DNA of 32,000 nucleotides from Vibrio cholerae ATCC 14035 (GTDB lineage Bacteria > Pseudomonadota > Gammaproteobacteria > Enterobacterales > Vibrionaceae). The position numbers and the translations under genes are program-made. The DNA is taken from contig NZ_JHXR01000015.1 of assembly GCF_000621645.1 (NCBI RefSeq), positions 111,418 through 143,417 on the forward strand, in the 5' to 3' direction. Shown here piece after piece: positions 17,424 to 25,483 of this stretch; within the stretch, counting starts at the first letter, position 1; each line of letters begins with the position of its first letter. The notes beneath the pieces are model-generated. The model was not told where the DNA came from, searched no databases, and saw only the letters and a program-made list of their open reading frames with translations.

Positions 17424-18113
17424 TTAATTAACGCTGGGATTGCTGGCGTTGTCCTCTTCTTCAAATTCATAAACCACGTTGTAATTCTCCGTGTAGGAAC
17501 AGTGTGGTTGTCGACTACAGGTAAAGAATCGTCTCCCACGGTATTCTCCTTGTGTGGCAACTTTAATCACCATAGGACTGCCGCAGCGTTTACAAAAACG
17601 CACTTCCTGCTCGGTTTGAATTAAATCGATGTGCGCGGCGAGTAAACGTCTTAACTTGCCAACTTGATAACTCATGCGAATATTGGTGCCAATCAATGGG
17701 ATATTGGCCGATTTACAAACGTGCAGCAGCAACTTTTCTCGTTCTACTTTGCCCTTTTGCAGCTCTTTCCCATCATCCAATTCGAGCACGACTCTGGGTT
17801 CAAGCGTTCTTGCATCGCACACCACAAAGTCAAAGTAGCTTTTTGAGATCTTGTTATAAGCAATAAACCAGTGCTTTTTGTTCGCGACTTTACTTGGAGT
17901 GATCACATTGGTCATATTCACTTTCGCTAAGACCACGCCATGATCGCCAACCGCACTCACTAGTGCGTTAAAGAAAGCGCTTTCCTTCATATCCAGTAGT
18001 GGGCCTTTCTTTTTATAGGCATAGTCCTTTGTGTCATCGTGACGAATGACATATTTTTGAATCACGAAAAAGAACAGAACTAACAGTATGACGACAATAA
18101 AAATTTCAACCAT
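17424..18113 (-). CDS. Membrane-anchored DUF2726 (PD-(D/E)xK nuclease-like) protein with C-terminal topoisomerase-type C4 zinc ribbon
   Basis: 229-aa ORF with an N-terminal TM helix (VEIFIVVILLVLFFFVI). The DUF2726 core is FDFVVCD...VVLELDDGKE...ER. The C-terminal zinc ribbon is CKRCGSPMV...FFTCSRQPHC. There is no obvious SD sequence. Lines sampled by eye are AT-rich (about 33-40 percent GC). Confidence 0.75.
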   Translation of the reverse strand: MVEIFIVVILLVLFFFVIQKYVIRHDDTKDYAYKKKGPLLDMKESAFFNALVSAVGDHGVVLAKVNMTNVITPSKVANKKHWFIAYNKISKSYFDFVVCDARTLEPRVVLELDDGKELQKGKVEREKLLLHVCKSANIPLIGTNIRMSYQVGKLRRLLAAHIDLIQTEQEVRFCKRCGSPMVIKVATQGEYRGRRFFTCSRQPHCSYTENYNVVYEFEEEDNASNPSVN

Positions 18114-18227
18114 AAAGTATTTGAGCCAAAGAAAAGAATTAGTGTCATTGATAACTGATGTTGTACTGAAAAACCAGTTTCTATTGCTGATTTTGTGCGG
18201 AAAATAAAGTGGTTAGGGAAACACGGG

Positions 18228-19031
18228 TTATTTATCTTCAACAGGTACCTGCAACTCAATCACCTGTCTTTGATCAAGCCTTAATAAGGAGAGCGATTCT
18301 CCCCAATACTTCTCGGTTAGTTCACGCATTAAGCCGGACTCTTGTGCCGCCTTCAATGCTTGTTCCAATAGTGCTTGATACTGAGCAGCTTGAGGGCTGA
18401 GGTAAAATTTAAAATCTCGCTGATATTGAAATAATAGATGCTGCTCTATCGCTAAATGCGGATTGAGAATGGATTCTTGATAGATTTCAGTCACACCGCG
18501 CGGGAAGTAGTTCACCGCCCCCGAGACAGAAAGCTTTTTGTATAGGCCACGCCACTCTCCATTTTGGATATAAAAAGGTAAATGGTTGGAGCGCCAGACG
18601 GCAACATCCAGCCATCCCTCACCTAGCCCAGCCACCAGCCGTGTTTGACGAAATTCATTTAGGTTAGAGACTTTATCTAAACGGCTTTGTAAGCTGGGCG
18701 GAATTAATAAAATGCGTTGCCCTATCAAACCATTGGTTAGGGGCACATCGACATGAACAAACTTTTTATTGCGCTCTGGGGTTTCCAATAACCAAGTGAG
18801 TGACAGTTGATTGTTTTCAACCATTTTCACCACTCGTTTCTGCGGCAAATGAGTATATGGCGTTTCCACCACTAGAGAGATGCCTTGATCGGCTAAAGCA
18901 CGAGCCAACAACTCATGATAATAGGCATGCCCGTTATCGTTTTGTGCCGCTAAAACCAAAGTAATGGTTTGATGGTTAGCAAAAGCACTTGTCGAGAACC
19001 ATAGGAGAATGGATAACCAAGATATGCGCAT
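18228..19031 (-). CDS. Orphan periplasmic substrate-binding protein (PBP2-like), paralog 2
   Basis: 267-aa ORF with GGAGG RBS and signal peptide MRISWLSILLWFSTSAFA. The layout is PBP type-2-like, with no transporter genes adjacent. Confidence 0.72.
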   Translation of the reverse strand: MRISWLSILLWFSTSAFANHQTITLVLAAQNDNGHAYYHELLARALADQGISLVVETPYTHLPQKRVVKMVENNQLSLTWLLETPERNKKFVHVDVPLTNGLIGQRILLIPPSLQSRLDKVSNLNEFRQTRLVAGLGEGWLDVAVWRSNHLPFYIQNGEWRGLYKKLSVSGAVNYFPRGVTEIYQESILNPHLAIEQHLLFQYQRDFKFYLSPQAAQYQALLEQALKAAQESGLMRELTEKYWGESLSLLRLDQRQVIELQVPVEDK

Positions 19032-19133
19032 ATCGCCTCCACTGCGACTTCATCTTCTACCTTTCATCTGCCAGCAAGATACAGATTATTCTTTACTGTA
19101 GAACACATGAGTGATGGCGACATTCTCGCTCCT

Positions 19134-19157
19134 GAGAAAAGCGGAGCAACGCTCCAC
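19134..19157 (-). terminator. Intrinsic terminator immediately after cheV
   Basis: The minus strand reads GTGGAGC-GTT-GCTCCGC (7-bp stem including one G-U pair) followed by TTTTCTC, starting 6 nt after the cheV stop codon. Confidence 0.5.
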
Positions 19158-19162
19158 CCATC

Positions 19163-20149
19163 TCACATATTCAGGATATATTTATCCATCATCGCGACCA
19201 TTTTACCGATCTCAGGTTTCGTCAACGTATCATTAGCACCAAGTGCTAATGCTTTGGCACGGTTATCATCACTCATCAATGATGAGAACATGACTATAGG
19301 CATCGAGGAGTACGAATCATCATCACGTAAACGTTTAATAAGGTGCATACCATCCATTCTTGGCATTTCCACGTCCGTGACGACGGCATCGATCAGCTCA
19401 CTAACCGGCACATTCTCCTCTTTTGCGGCTTGCTTGAGCTCCATCAGCTTTTCATGGGCCTCGCCACCATCTTTACAAGCAATAATGTTGTAACCCGCTG
19501 AACTCAATGTGTCTTGGATTAAGCTTCGGATAAAGGCAGAGTCATCAACGACCATAATGGTTTTCGCATTACGCTTGGTCACCATACGCTGGTTGAGGTC
19601 GACTTTTCTATCCACCGTCACATCGTATTTTTCCATACTCAGTTCAGGGTTGATATCAGAAATGATCTTCTCAAAATCCAGGATCATGATGAGCTTTTTG
19701 TCTTGTCGAACGACCGCAACCACACAATCTTGCTCACCTGCTTCGAGGAACTGGCTAGGTGATTCCACATCGTTCCACGAAATACGATGAATACGGCTGA
19801 TACTGTCGATCAAGAAACCATTCGTCATACGGTTGAAGTCGGTGACTATCACGTATTTCTTACTGATATCCGTTGAAGTCGGCACACCGAGCCATCCGGC
19901 TAAATCCACCAAGGGGGTTAAAATTTCCCGTGAAGAAAATACCCCAATCATGTGTGGCTGGGCATTCGGATAGTCAGTCGTCTCTGGAACCCGAATAACT
20001 TCACGAACCTTGGCAACGTTAATGCCGTAATAACAGGTTTTGGTCCGCCCATCGGGAAGCACTTTTTCGAGATGAAACTCAATGATTTCTAGCTCGTTAG
20101 TGCCGCTTTCAGTCAAAATAGTACTGCTTGGGTTGCTCATAATCGTCAC
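19163..20149 (-). CDS. cheV: Chemotaxis coupling protein CheV (CheW-like domain plus receiver domain)
   Basis: 328-aa ORF with an N-terminal CheW-like domain (ELEIIEF...YGINVAKVREV...) and a C-terminal REC domain (MVVDDS, VVTDVEMPRMDG, TKPE). The start is either GTG 20147-20149 or ATG 20138-20140. Confidence 0.9.
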   Translation of the reverse strand: MTIMSNPSSTILTESGTNELEIIEFHLEKVLPDGRTKTCYYGINVAKVREVIRVPETTDYPNAQPHMIGVFSSREILTPLVDLAGWLGVPTSTDISKKYVIVTDFNRMTNGFLIDSISRIHRISWNDVESPSQFLEAGEQDCVVAVVRQDKKLIMILDFEKIISDINPELSMEKYDVTVDRKVDLNQRMVTKRNAKTIMVVDDSAFIRSLIQDTLSSAGYNIIACKDGGEAHEKLMELKQAAKEENVPVSELIDAVVTDVEMPRMDGMHLIKRLRDDDSYSSMPIVMFSSLMSDDNRAKALALGANDTLTKPEIGKMVAMMDKYILNM

Positions 20150-20167
20150 ATCTTCTCGGGATGGTTA

Positions 20168-20944
20168 TCAATATTTGTCCAGTATTGCCTGATAACGAGT
20201 TACACCATTCTCATTGACGCTGTTTTTGATCAGCTCAATGCCTTTTTGTAAATCGTTCAATACCGACTTATCTATGTTTTTGTTAAATGCGTAATACAGT
20301 GAACCTTGCATCAAAACGTATACCGTTTCAAATTCTTCAACGGGATAGCTATCTTGGCTCATCCACCAAAGTGCGGTTCTTTCATCATAAGCGAGCAGAT
20401 CAATGCGTTTTTTTAGCAATTGCTCGGCCAAGCTACTGACGGTGGAACCTTCTACCATGGATTCCCGTGGTACACCGAGTTGCAGTAATTGCTGTTCTCC
20501 AATGTCATCACGGATCACACCAATTCGGTAATTTCCTAACTCGATAGGGTCATTCACTTTGATCTGACTCGACTTTCGTGCCAGCACTACCACTTTGATA
20601 TCGGCAATAGGGCCGACCCAATTAAATAAATTTTCACGATGTGTTGTACGTGTCGTAGAAAAAAGTACTCCATCCTGTTTTAACAACGCCGACCGATAAG
20701 AACGTGGCCAAGGTTGAACAAAAATCTGATCCAAGTTCAAGGTGACATTAACCGCCGCCGCGGCTTCTAGGAGTAAATCCACCGCAATCCCCGCGGGTTT
20801 ACCGTCTTCTTTAGCAAAATTCAGTGGTGGATAGTTTTCTGTGTAGTACGTTAACGATTCCAGCCCCTGAGCCTGAACCTTCACACTAGGACTAAAGCTC
20901 AGAACAACACCCAGTACTGTTGTCAAACAAAAACGCCATTGCAT
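20168..20944 (-). CDS. Orphan periplasmic substrate-binding protein (family-3 / PBP2-like), paralog 3
   Basis: 258-aa ORF with GAGGT RBS and a signal peptide ending VKVQA. Family-3 SBP pattern is present (YPPLNF..., GIAVDLL, QPWPRSYRSALLKQDG). It sits between the response regulator and cheV on the same strand. Confidence 0.75.
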   Translation of the reverse strand: MQWRFCLTTVLGVVLSFSPSVKVQAQGLESLTYYTENYPPLNFAKEDGKPAGIAVDLLLEAAAAVNVTLNLDQIFVQPWPRSYRSALLKQDGVLFSTTRTTHRENLFNWVGPIADIKVVVLARKSSQIKVNDPIELGNYRIGVIRDDIGEQQLLQLGVPRESMVEGSTVSSLAEQLLKKRIDLLAYDERTALWWMSQDSYPVEEFETVYVLMQGSLYYAFNKNIDKSVLNDLQKGIELIKNSVNENGVTRYQAILDKY

Positions 20945-21009
20945 CTGTCGACCTCATCACATTCGTGTAATCTGTTTAAACTTTAGATGCAGTTATCCAA
21001 TCCGTCTAA

Positions 21010-21696
21010 TCAGGATGTGTGACGATGTAATTTACGGTACGTTCGTTCTGGGCGTCCCACCGTACCATAACTGAGATCGGCCTCCAACTCTCCAGCAGTG
21101 ATAAGATACTCAAGATAGCGTCGGGCTGTTGTGCGGCTAGCCCCAATTTTTTCACCTGCCTCGTCCGCCGTCAGCATGGTAGCCGTTTGAAATAGCAACC
21201 GAATCTTATCCAATGTCACGGCGTCAATGCCTTTCGGTAAACGTTGCGGTAAGGCTTCTGAGGAATGTGTGGTGAACATTTTGTCGACTTTCTGCTGATC
21301 AAAATCCGCCAACTGTTTTAGCTCAGCTTGCCGCATTTGGTATTTTCTTAGTGCGGTTTCCAGCCTTGGAAACATCACAGGCTTGAGCAGATAATCCACC
21401 ACACCACCACGCATCGCTTGTTGCAGTGTCTCCACCTCGCGCGCCGCCGTAATTAAAATCACATCGCAATGAACATTACGTCCACGAATCCATTGCAACA
21501 GCTCAAGGCCCGTTCCATCCGGTAAATAAACGTCCAACAGCACCAAATCAGGGTTAAGCACTTCCATCTGTAAACGCGCATCCGCTTGAGACATCGCGAT
21601 CCCCACTACCTCAAAGCCTTCTAACTGACTTAAATAGCGATGATGAAGCTGCGCTATCGCAGCATCATCTTCAATGATCAGGAGTCGGGTTTTCAT
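21010..21696 (-). CDS. Response regulator, CitB/DcuR family (REC plus C-terminal HTH)
   Basis: 228-aa ORF with a REC domain (LLIIEDD, LLDVYLPDG, KP) and a CitB/DcuR-type C-terminal HTH (TADEAGEKIGASRTTARRYLEYL). Its start codon overlaps the kinase stop (TAATG). Confidence 0.9.
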   Translation of the reverse strand: MKTRLLIIEDDAAIAQLHHRYLSQLEGFEVVGIAMSQADARLQMEVLNPDLVLLDVYLPDGTGLELLQWIRGRNVHCDVILITAAREVETLQQAMRGGVVDYLLKPVMFPRLETALRKYQMRQAELKQLADFDQQKVDKMFTTHSSEALPQRLPKGIDAVTLDKIRLLFQTATMLTADEAGEKIGASRTTARRYLEYLITAGELEADLSYGTVGRPERTYRKLHRHTS

Positions 21697-23312
21697 TACA
21701 ACTCATCCTTGGGTAAATACACTGTCATTCGAGTACCTTGCGCTTTGCTGTGCATGTCCAGTTGTCCTTGATAACGATCGGCAAGCTGTTTGACTAAAAA
21801 CAGCCCCACCCCTCGGTTTTGCACGGCTTTGCTCGACACCCCTTTTTCCGTTAGCTGCCAATGTTCCAGCTCTTTAGGTAAACCGCAACCTTGATCATCC
21901 ACTTCCAAAATGATTTCGTTACCAAAATCACTGATCGAGACCTCAATCACTCTGCGTTCCGGTGGAACTGGCGACAGCGTACGTATCGCGGTTAAGGTCG
22001 CTTCAAACGCGTTATCGATCAGGTTACCGAGAATGGTCACCACATCTTCCGCTTTAATATGAATCGGCAGCGTTTCTAAACGTGCCCCGTCTTCCACCAT
22101 GAGTTCCAAGCCCAGCTCGCGAGCGCGCTCTGTTTTGCCAAGCAGCATCCCTGCAATCAGAGGGTCTTTGATTGTTTCACGTAAAAACTCAATCAACACT
22201 TGGTAGTGCTCAGTTTCTTGACCAATCAGTTGCTGCACGGCATCCAATTCACCCATTTGCAGTAACCCACTAATAGTATTCAATTTATTCCTGTGCTCAT
22301 GGGTCTGAGAACGCAGCATCTCTGCGTACTCACGGGTTTGGGCCAACTGCTCAGTGAGTTCATTAATTTCATCACGGAGACGGAAACTGGATACCGCCCC
22401 GACGACTTTTCCCTCAACCACGATCGGGCTGCGGTTGGCAATTATCCAATGCTTATTCAGATAGAGCTCAATATCGTGATCGGTTCTTCCGGTCGCCAAA
22501 ACCGTATAGAGATCACTTTCTGGCAGAATGGTGGTCAAGCGTCGATTAAGAGCTTGTTCGCGGCGTAATCCCAAAATTTCACAAGCACTTTTATTGATCG
22601 AACGTAAGATCCCTTTGTCATCAATACTGATGATCCCTTCTTTGAGGGTGCTCATGGTCACATCCAGTTCCACGTACAAACGGGCAATTTCTTCCGGCTC
22701 AAACCCCAAAATAGCGCGCTGAAAACGTCGTGAGGCATAGCTAGAAACCAGTGCATTGGCGCCTACCACCAGTAACGCGGTAGCAATCAGATAGAATAAA
22801 AATGGCTCAACGCGGTCTTGTAGCCGCTCAATTAAATAGCCAACCGAAACGACACCGATGATTTGACCGTGTTGATCCACCACCGCCGCTTTACCACGAA
22901 CCGATTTGCCTAACGAACCTTGAGCGAAAGAGACATAAGCTTCGCCTTCCACTAGCGCTCTCTCGTTATCGCCCCCCACCATAGGCTTACCGATCCTTTC
23001 ATCAATGGGATGAACTAATCGAATACCTTGATTGTCGCCAATCACAATAAACGCTGCGCCTATTAGTTGAGTCAGTTCACGATAGCTTTGCTGCTGATCA
23101 TCGGAAGCACGGCCGGTCTTGATCATGTTGATGACCGCTGGAGTTTGTGCAAGGAATGCCGCAACGCCCAGCGCTTTCTGGCCAACCTCTTGCTCTTGAG
23201 AATGTTTGACGTACATAAACCCTGCGGCAACCAAAAGTAGCAGCTCAATCAGACCCGATAAGGTCATGATGATCAGCATTCTCTTGCGGAAGGTGATACT
23301 GCTCCACACCAT
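21696..23312 (-). CDS. Sensor histidine kinase, DcuS/CitA family (TM - periplasmic PAS/Cache - TM - PAS - SpoB-like H-box - HATPase)
   Basis: 538-aa ORF with two TM helices bracketing a ~140-aa periplasmic domain (GIRLVHP, SVRGKA). It also has a cytoplasmic PAS, H-box HEHRNKLNTISGLLQ, N-box LGNLIDNAFEA and G-boxes DDQGCG/GVGL. Confidence 0.9.
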   Translation of the reverse strand: MVWSSITFRKRMLIIMTLSGLIELLLLVAAGFMYVKHSQEQEVGQKALGVAAFLAQTPAVINMIKTGRASDDQQQSYRELTQLIGAAFIVIGDNQGIRLVHPIDERIGKPMVGGDNERALVEGEAYVSFAQGSLGKSVRGKAAVVDQHGQIIGVVSVGYLIERLQDRVEPFLFYLIATALLVVGANALVSSYASRRFQRAILGFEPEEIARLYVELDVTMSTLKEGIISIDDKGILRSINKSACEILGLRREQALNRRLTTILPESDLYTVLATGRTDHDIELYLNKHWIIANRSPIVVEGKVVGAVSSFRLRDEINELTEQLAQTREYAEMLRSQTHEHRNKLNTISGLLQMGELDAVQQLIGQETEHYQVLIEFLRETIKDPLIAGMLLGKTERARELGLELMVEDGARLETLPIHIKAEDVVTILGNLIDNAFEATLTAIRTLSPVPPERRVIEVSISDFGNEIILEVDDQGCGLPKELEHWQLTEKGVSSKAVQNRGVGLFLVKQLADRYQGQLDMHSKAQGTRMTVYLPKDEL

Positions 23313-23640
23313 TGTTCACTCCTTGCTAGCGAGTGAAAGCTAACATCAATTTAACATTGGGGCGAAGCTCGCAATACATAACTGTGAGGCTGGCACGAGA
23401 TTCACGTTAGCCATATGCCAGCAAGGCAGATCATGGCATCAAAAAAATAAAACCAATTGCATATCTGTTTTATGGCACAGGTCACAACAAATAGGCACTT
23501 TGCTCCGGCAACTTTCTAGGTTAAGCAGTATACTTAATGCGCAGTGAGCATAAACCTAACTGGGATGCAATTCAGGCATAAGACTGAGAATAGAAATTGC
23601 GGCCAAGTTCACTCAATAACACGTCAGAAGGAATAGAGAC

Positions 23641-23874
23641 ATGAGAAGAGATGCTTTTGGAATTTGCCTATCCAAAGACATGCTTTGTGAGCATTTACAC
23701 TCGACATTTACTCATGTGAGGGCTTACGAAATCGAGCCAGAAACGCATGATGAGATGCGTGTTTTGTTCGCTTTTCCTCAAATGTCAGGCAAAGACGTAC
23801 TGACGACTATGCAGGGAACCAAAAAGTTAGTTTGGAGAGCCGATTACTATTGCCCCTCCTACCCTCATTTTTGA
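23641..23874 (+). CDS. Hypothetical 77-aa protein (no recognisable domain)
   Basis: AAGGAA RBS lies 8 nt upstream of the ATG, in otherwise ORF-free 730-bp intergenic DNA. A strong terminator sits 57 nt downstream. I recognise no homology. Confidence 0.45.
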   Translation: MRRDAFGICLSKDMLCEHLHSTFTHVRAYEIEPETHDEMRVLFAFPQMSGKDVLTTMQGTKKLVWRADYYCPSYPHF

Positions 23875-23930
23875 TCACTTTCCTACGTTCAAGAGACGTT
23901 TTTGGGCGTCAAAACCGATTACTCAAACAA

Positions 23931-23958
23931 CTGGCTTGCTCTTGCAAGTCAGTTTTTT
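23931..23958 (+). terminator. Intrinsic terminator after the 77-aa ORF
   Basis: 9-bp stem CTGGCTTGC/GCAAGTCAG (one G-U pair) with loop TCTT, followed by TTTTTT. Confidence 0.65.
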
Positions 23959-24041
23959 ATACTGCGGTCCTTAACTCTTTGTTTGACTTCATCATCCAAA
24001 AAATAGAGCATTAGCTCTAAATTCATTCTGTCGAGCTCAAA

Positions 24042-25472
24042 ATGAAAGTGAAATCTCTCTCTCTGGCGATCTGCTCTATATTATTTATGCCGATTGCTCA
24101 TGCAGCGCCTCTCTCATTTCAAGAAGCTTGGGACTTGCTGCAACAACAAAACAACTCGCTTGCGGCGCAAAGAGCCAATGTGGAACGTTACGCTCATCTG
24201 AAAGATGCCACACAAAATCTCAATCTACCCTCGGTCAGTGTGGGAGCCAATTTTACGCGGCTTGATCAGGATGTAACACTTTCCGGCAAGCAGATAGTAG
24301 ACAGCGCTGGCGGAATAGACCCAAATCTGATTGCTAGCCTATCGCCTAGTCTCTTACCACTAGTTACTCATCTGGGAGCCGCTAAATCTACCATCACTGA
24401 ACGCGATATTTTCACTTCCTCGATCCGTGCGATTTGGCCAATTTTTACTGGCGGACGAATTACTGCTGCGCAAGATGCCGCCGCGGGTAAAGAAGAGGAA
24501 GCGCAAAGTCAGCTCGCGATGGAAATACAAGCGCGATATGAAGATTTAGCCAAATATTACTTTAGCGTAGTGTTGGCCAAAGAGGTGCTCGCTACCCGAA
24601 TCGCGGTTGAAGAGGGACTCACGCAACACAGAGATAATGCCCTTAAACTTGAGCAACAAGGACAAATTGCTCATGTCGAGCGCCTGCAAGCGGATGCGTC
24701 ACTGGATAAAGCCAAAGTTGAGCGTAAAAAAGCACAAAAAACCTTGGACATTGCGCAAAGTGCGCTAACCCAAATTTTAGGCGCTACAGAAACCGTAGAA
24801 CCGAGTGGCATGCTGTTCATCAACACCAGCTTACCGCCCATGCACGCCTTCATCGAACAAACGCTCAATACCTATCCCGGTTTAAGCCTGCTCGATGCCA
24901 AAGAAAAGCAAGCCAGCAGTCTCATTAAAGCTGAGCAAGGGAAATACTACCCAGAAGTCTATCTGTATGGCGATTATAGCTTGCATGAAGATGACTCACT
25001 CGCTAGCCAAATGAAACCGGATTGGTTGGTTGGCGTTGGTGTGAATATTCCGCTGATTGAAAACAGCGGGCGCAGTGAACAAGTCAAAGCAGCCAATAGC
25101 GCAGTGAATCAAGTGCGCTATTTAAAAGCACAAGCAAAACAAGATCTCAGCGTGCTGGTGGAAAAGACCTATCTCGAAGCAGAACAAGCGTTAGAAGAAG
25201 TCACAGGACTCAATTCCAGTCTGAATTTGGCACAAGAGAACCTGCGTTTACGCCAAAAAGCGTTCAGCCAAGGTTTATCCACCTCCGTCGATGTGGTAGA
25301 TGCCGAGCTTTATCTGGCCAGCATTCGCACCCAACAATCGCTAGCGAGCTTTAACTATCTCATTTCACTAAACAAATTATTGGCTCTGTCGAGCGAGATG
25401 AGCAGCTTCTCCACTTACCATCAATCCGCAGTTGCTCTCTCTTCACTGCACCAAAGCGCCACGGCTAAGTAA
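24042..25472 (+). CDS. TolC-family outer-membrane efflux protein
   Basis: 476-aa ORF with signal peptide MKVKSLSLAICSILFMPIAHA. It has the two-repeat OEP architecture with long coiled-coil segments. It is the first gene of a four-gene efflux cluster. Confidence 0.88.
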   Translation: MKVKSLSLAICSILFMPIAHAAPLSFQEAWDLLQQQNNSLAAQRANVERYAHLKDATQNLNLPSVSVGANFTRLDQDVTLSGKQIVDSAGGIDPNLIASLSPSLLPLVTHLGAAKSTITERDIFTSSIRAIWPIFTGGRITAAQDAAAGKEEEAQSQLAMEIQARYEDLAKYYFSVVLAKEVLATRIAVEEGLTQHRDNALKLEQQGQIAHVERLQADASLDKAKVERKKAQKTLDIAQSALTQILGATETVEPSGMLFINTSLPPMHAFIEQTLNTYPGLSLLDAKEKQASSLIKAEQGKYYPEVYLYGDYSLHEDDSLASQMKPDWLVGVGVNIPLIENSGRSEQVKAANSAVNQVRYLKAQAKQDLSVLVEKTYLEAEQALEEVTGLNSSLNLAQENLRLRQKAFSQGLSTSVDVVDAELYLASIRTQQSLASFNYLISLNKLLALSSEMSSFSTYHQSAVALSSLHQSATAK

Positions 25473-25483
25473 AAGGAATCCAA

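Noticed and set aside
23391-23406. Sigma-54-like TGGCAC-N5 element upstream of the 77-aa ORF.
   Set aside because: The -24 TGGCAC is perfect, but the -12 element reads TCAC instead of TTGC (GC dinucleotide misplaced). No EBP-type activator is encoded nearby.
24004-24019. Hairpin TAGAGC-ATTA-GCTCTA just upstream of the TolC-like gene. On the minus strand it is followed by T6 and so looks like a terminator.
   Set aside because: No minus-strand gene ends here. The stem is only 6 bp and AT-rich. It may be a promoter-region dyad, but nothing else supports a function.
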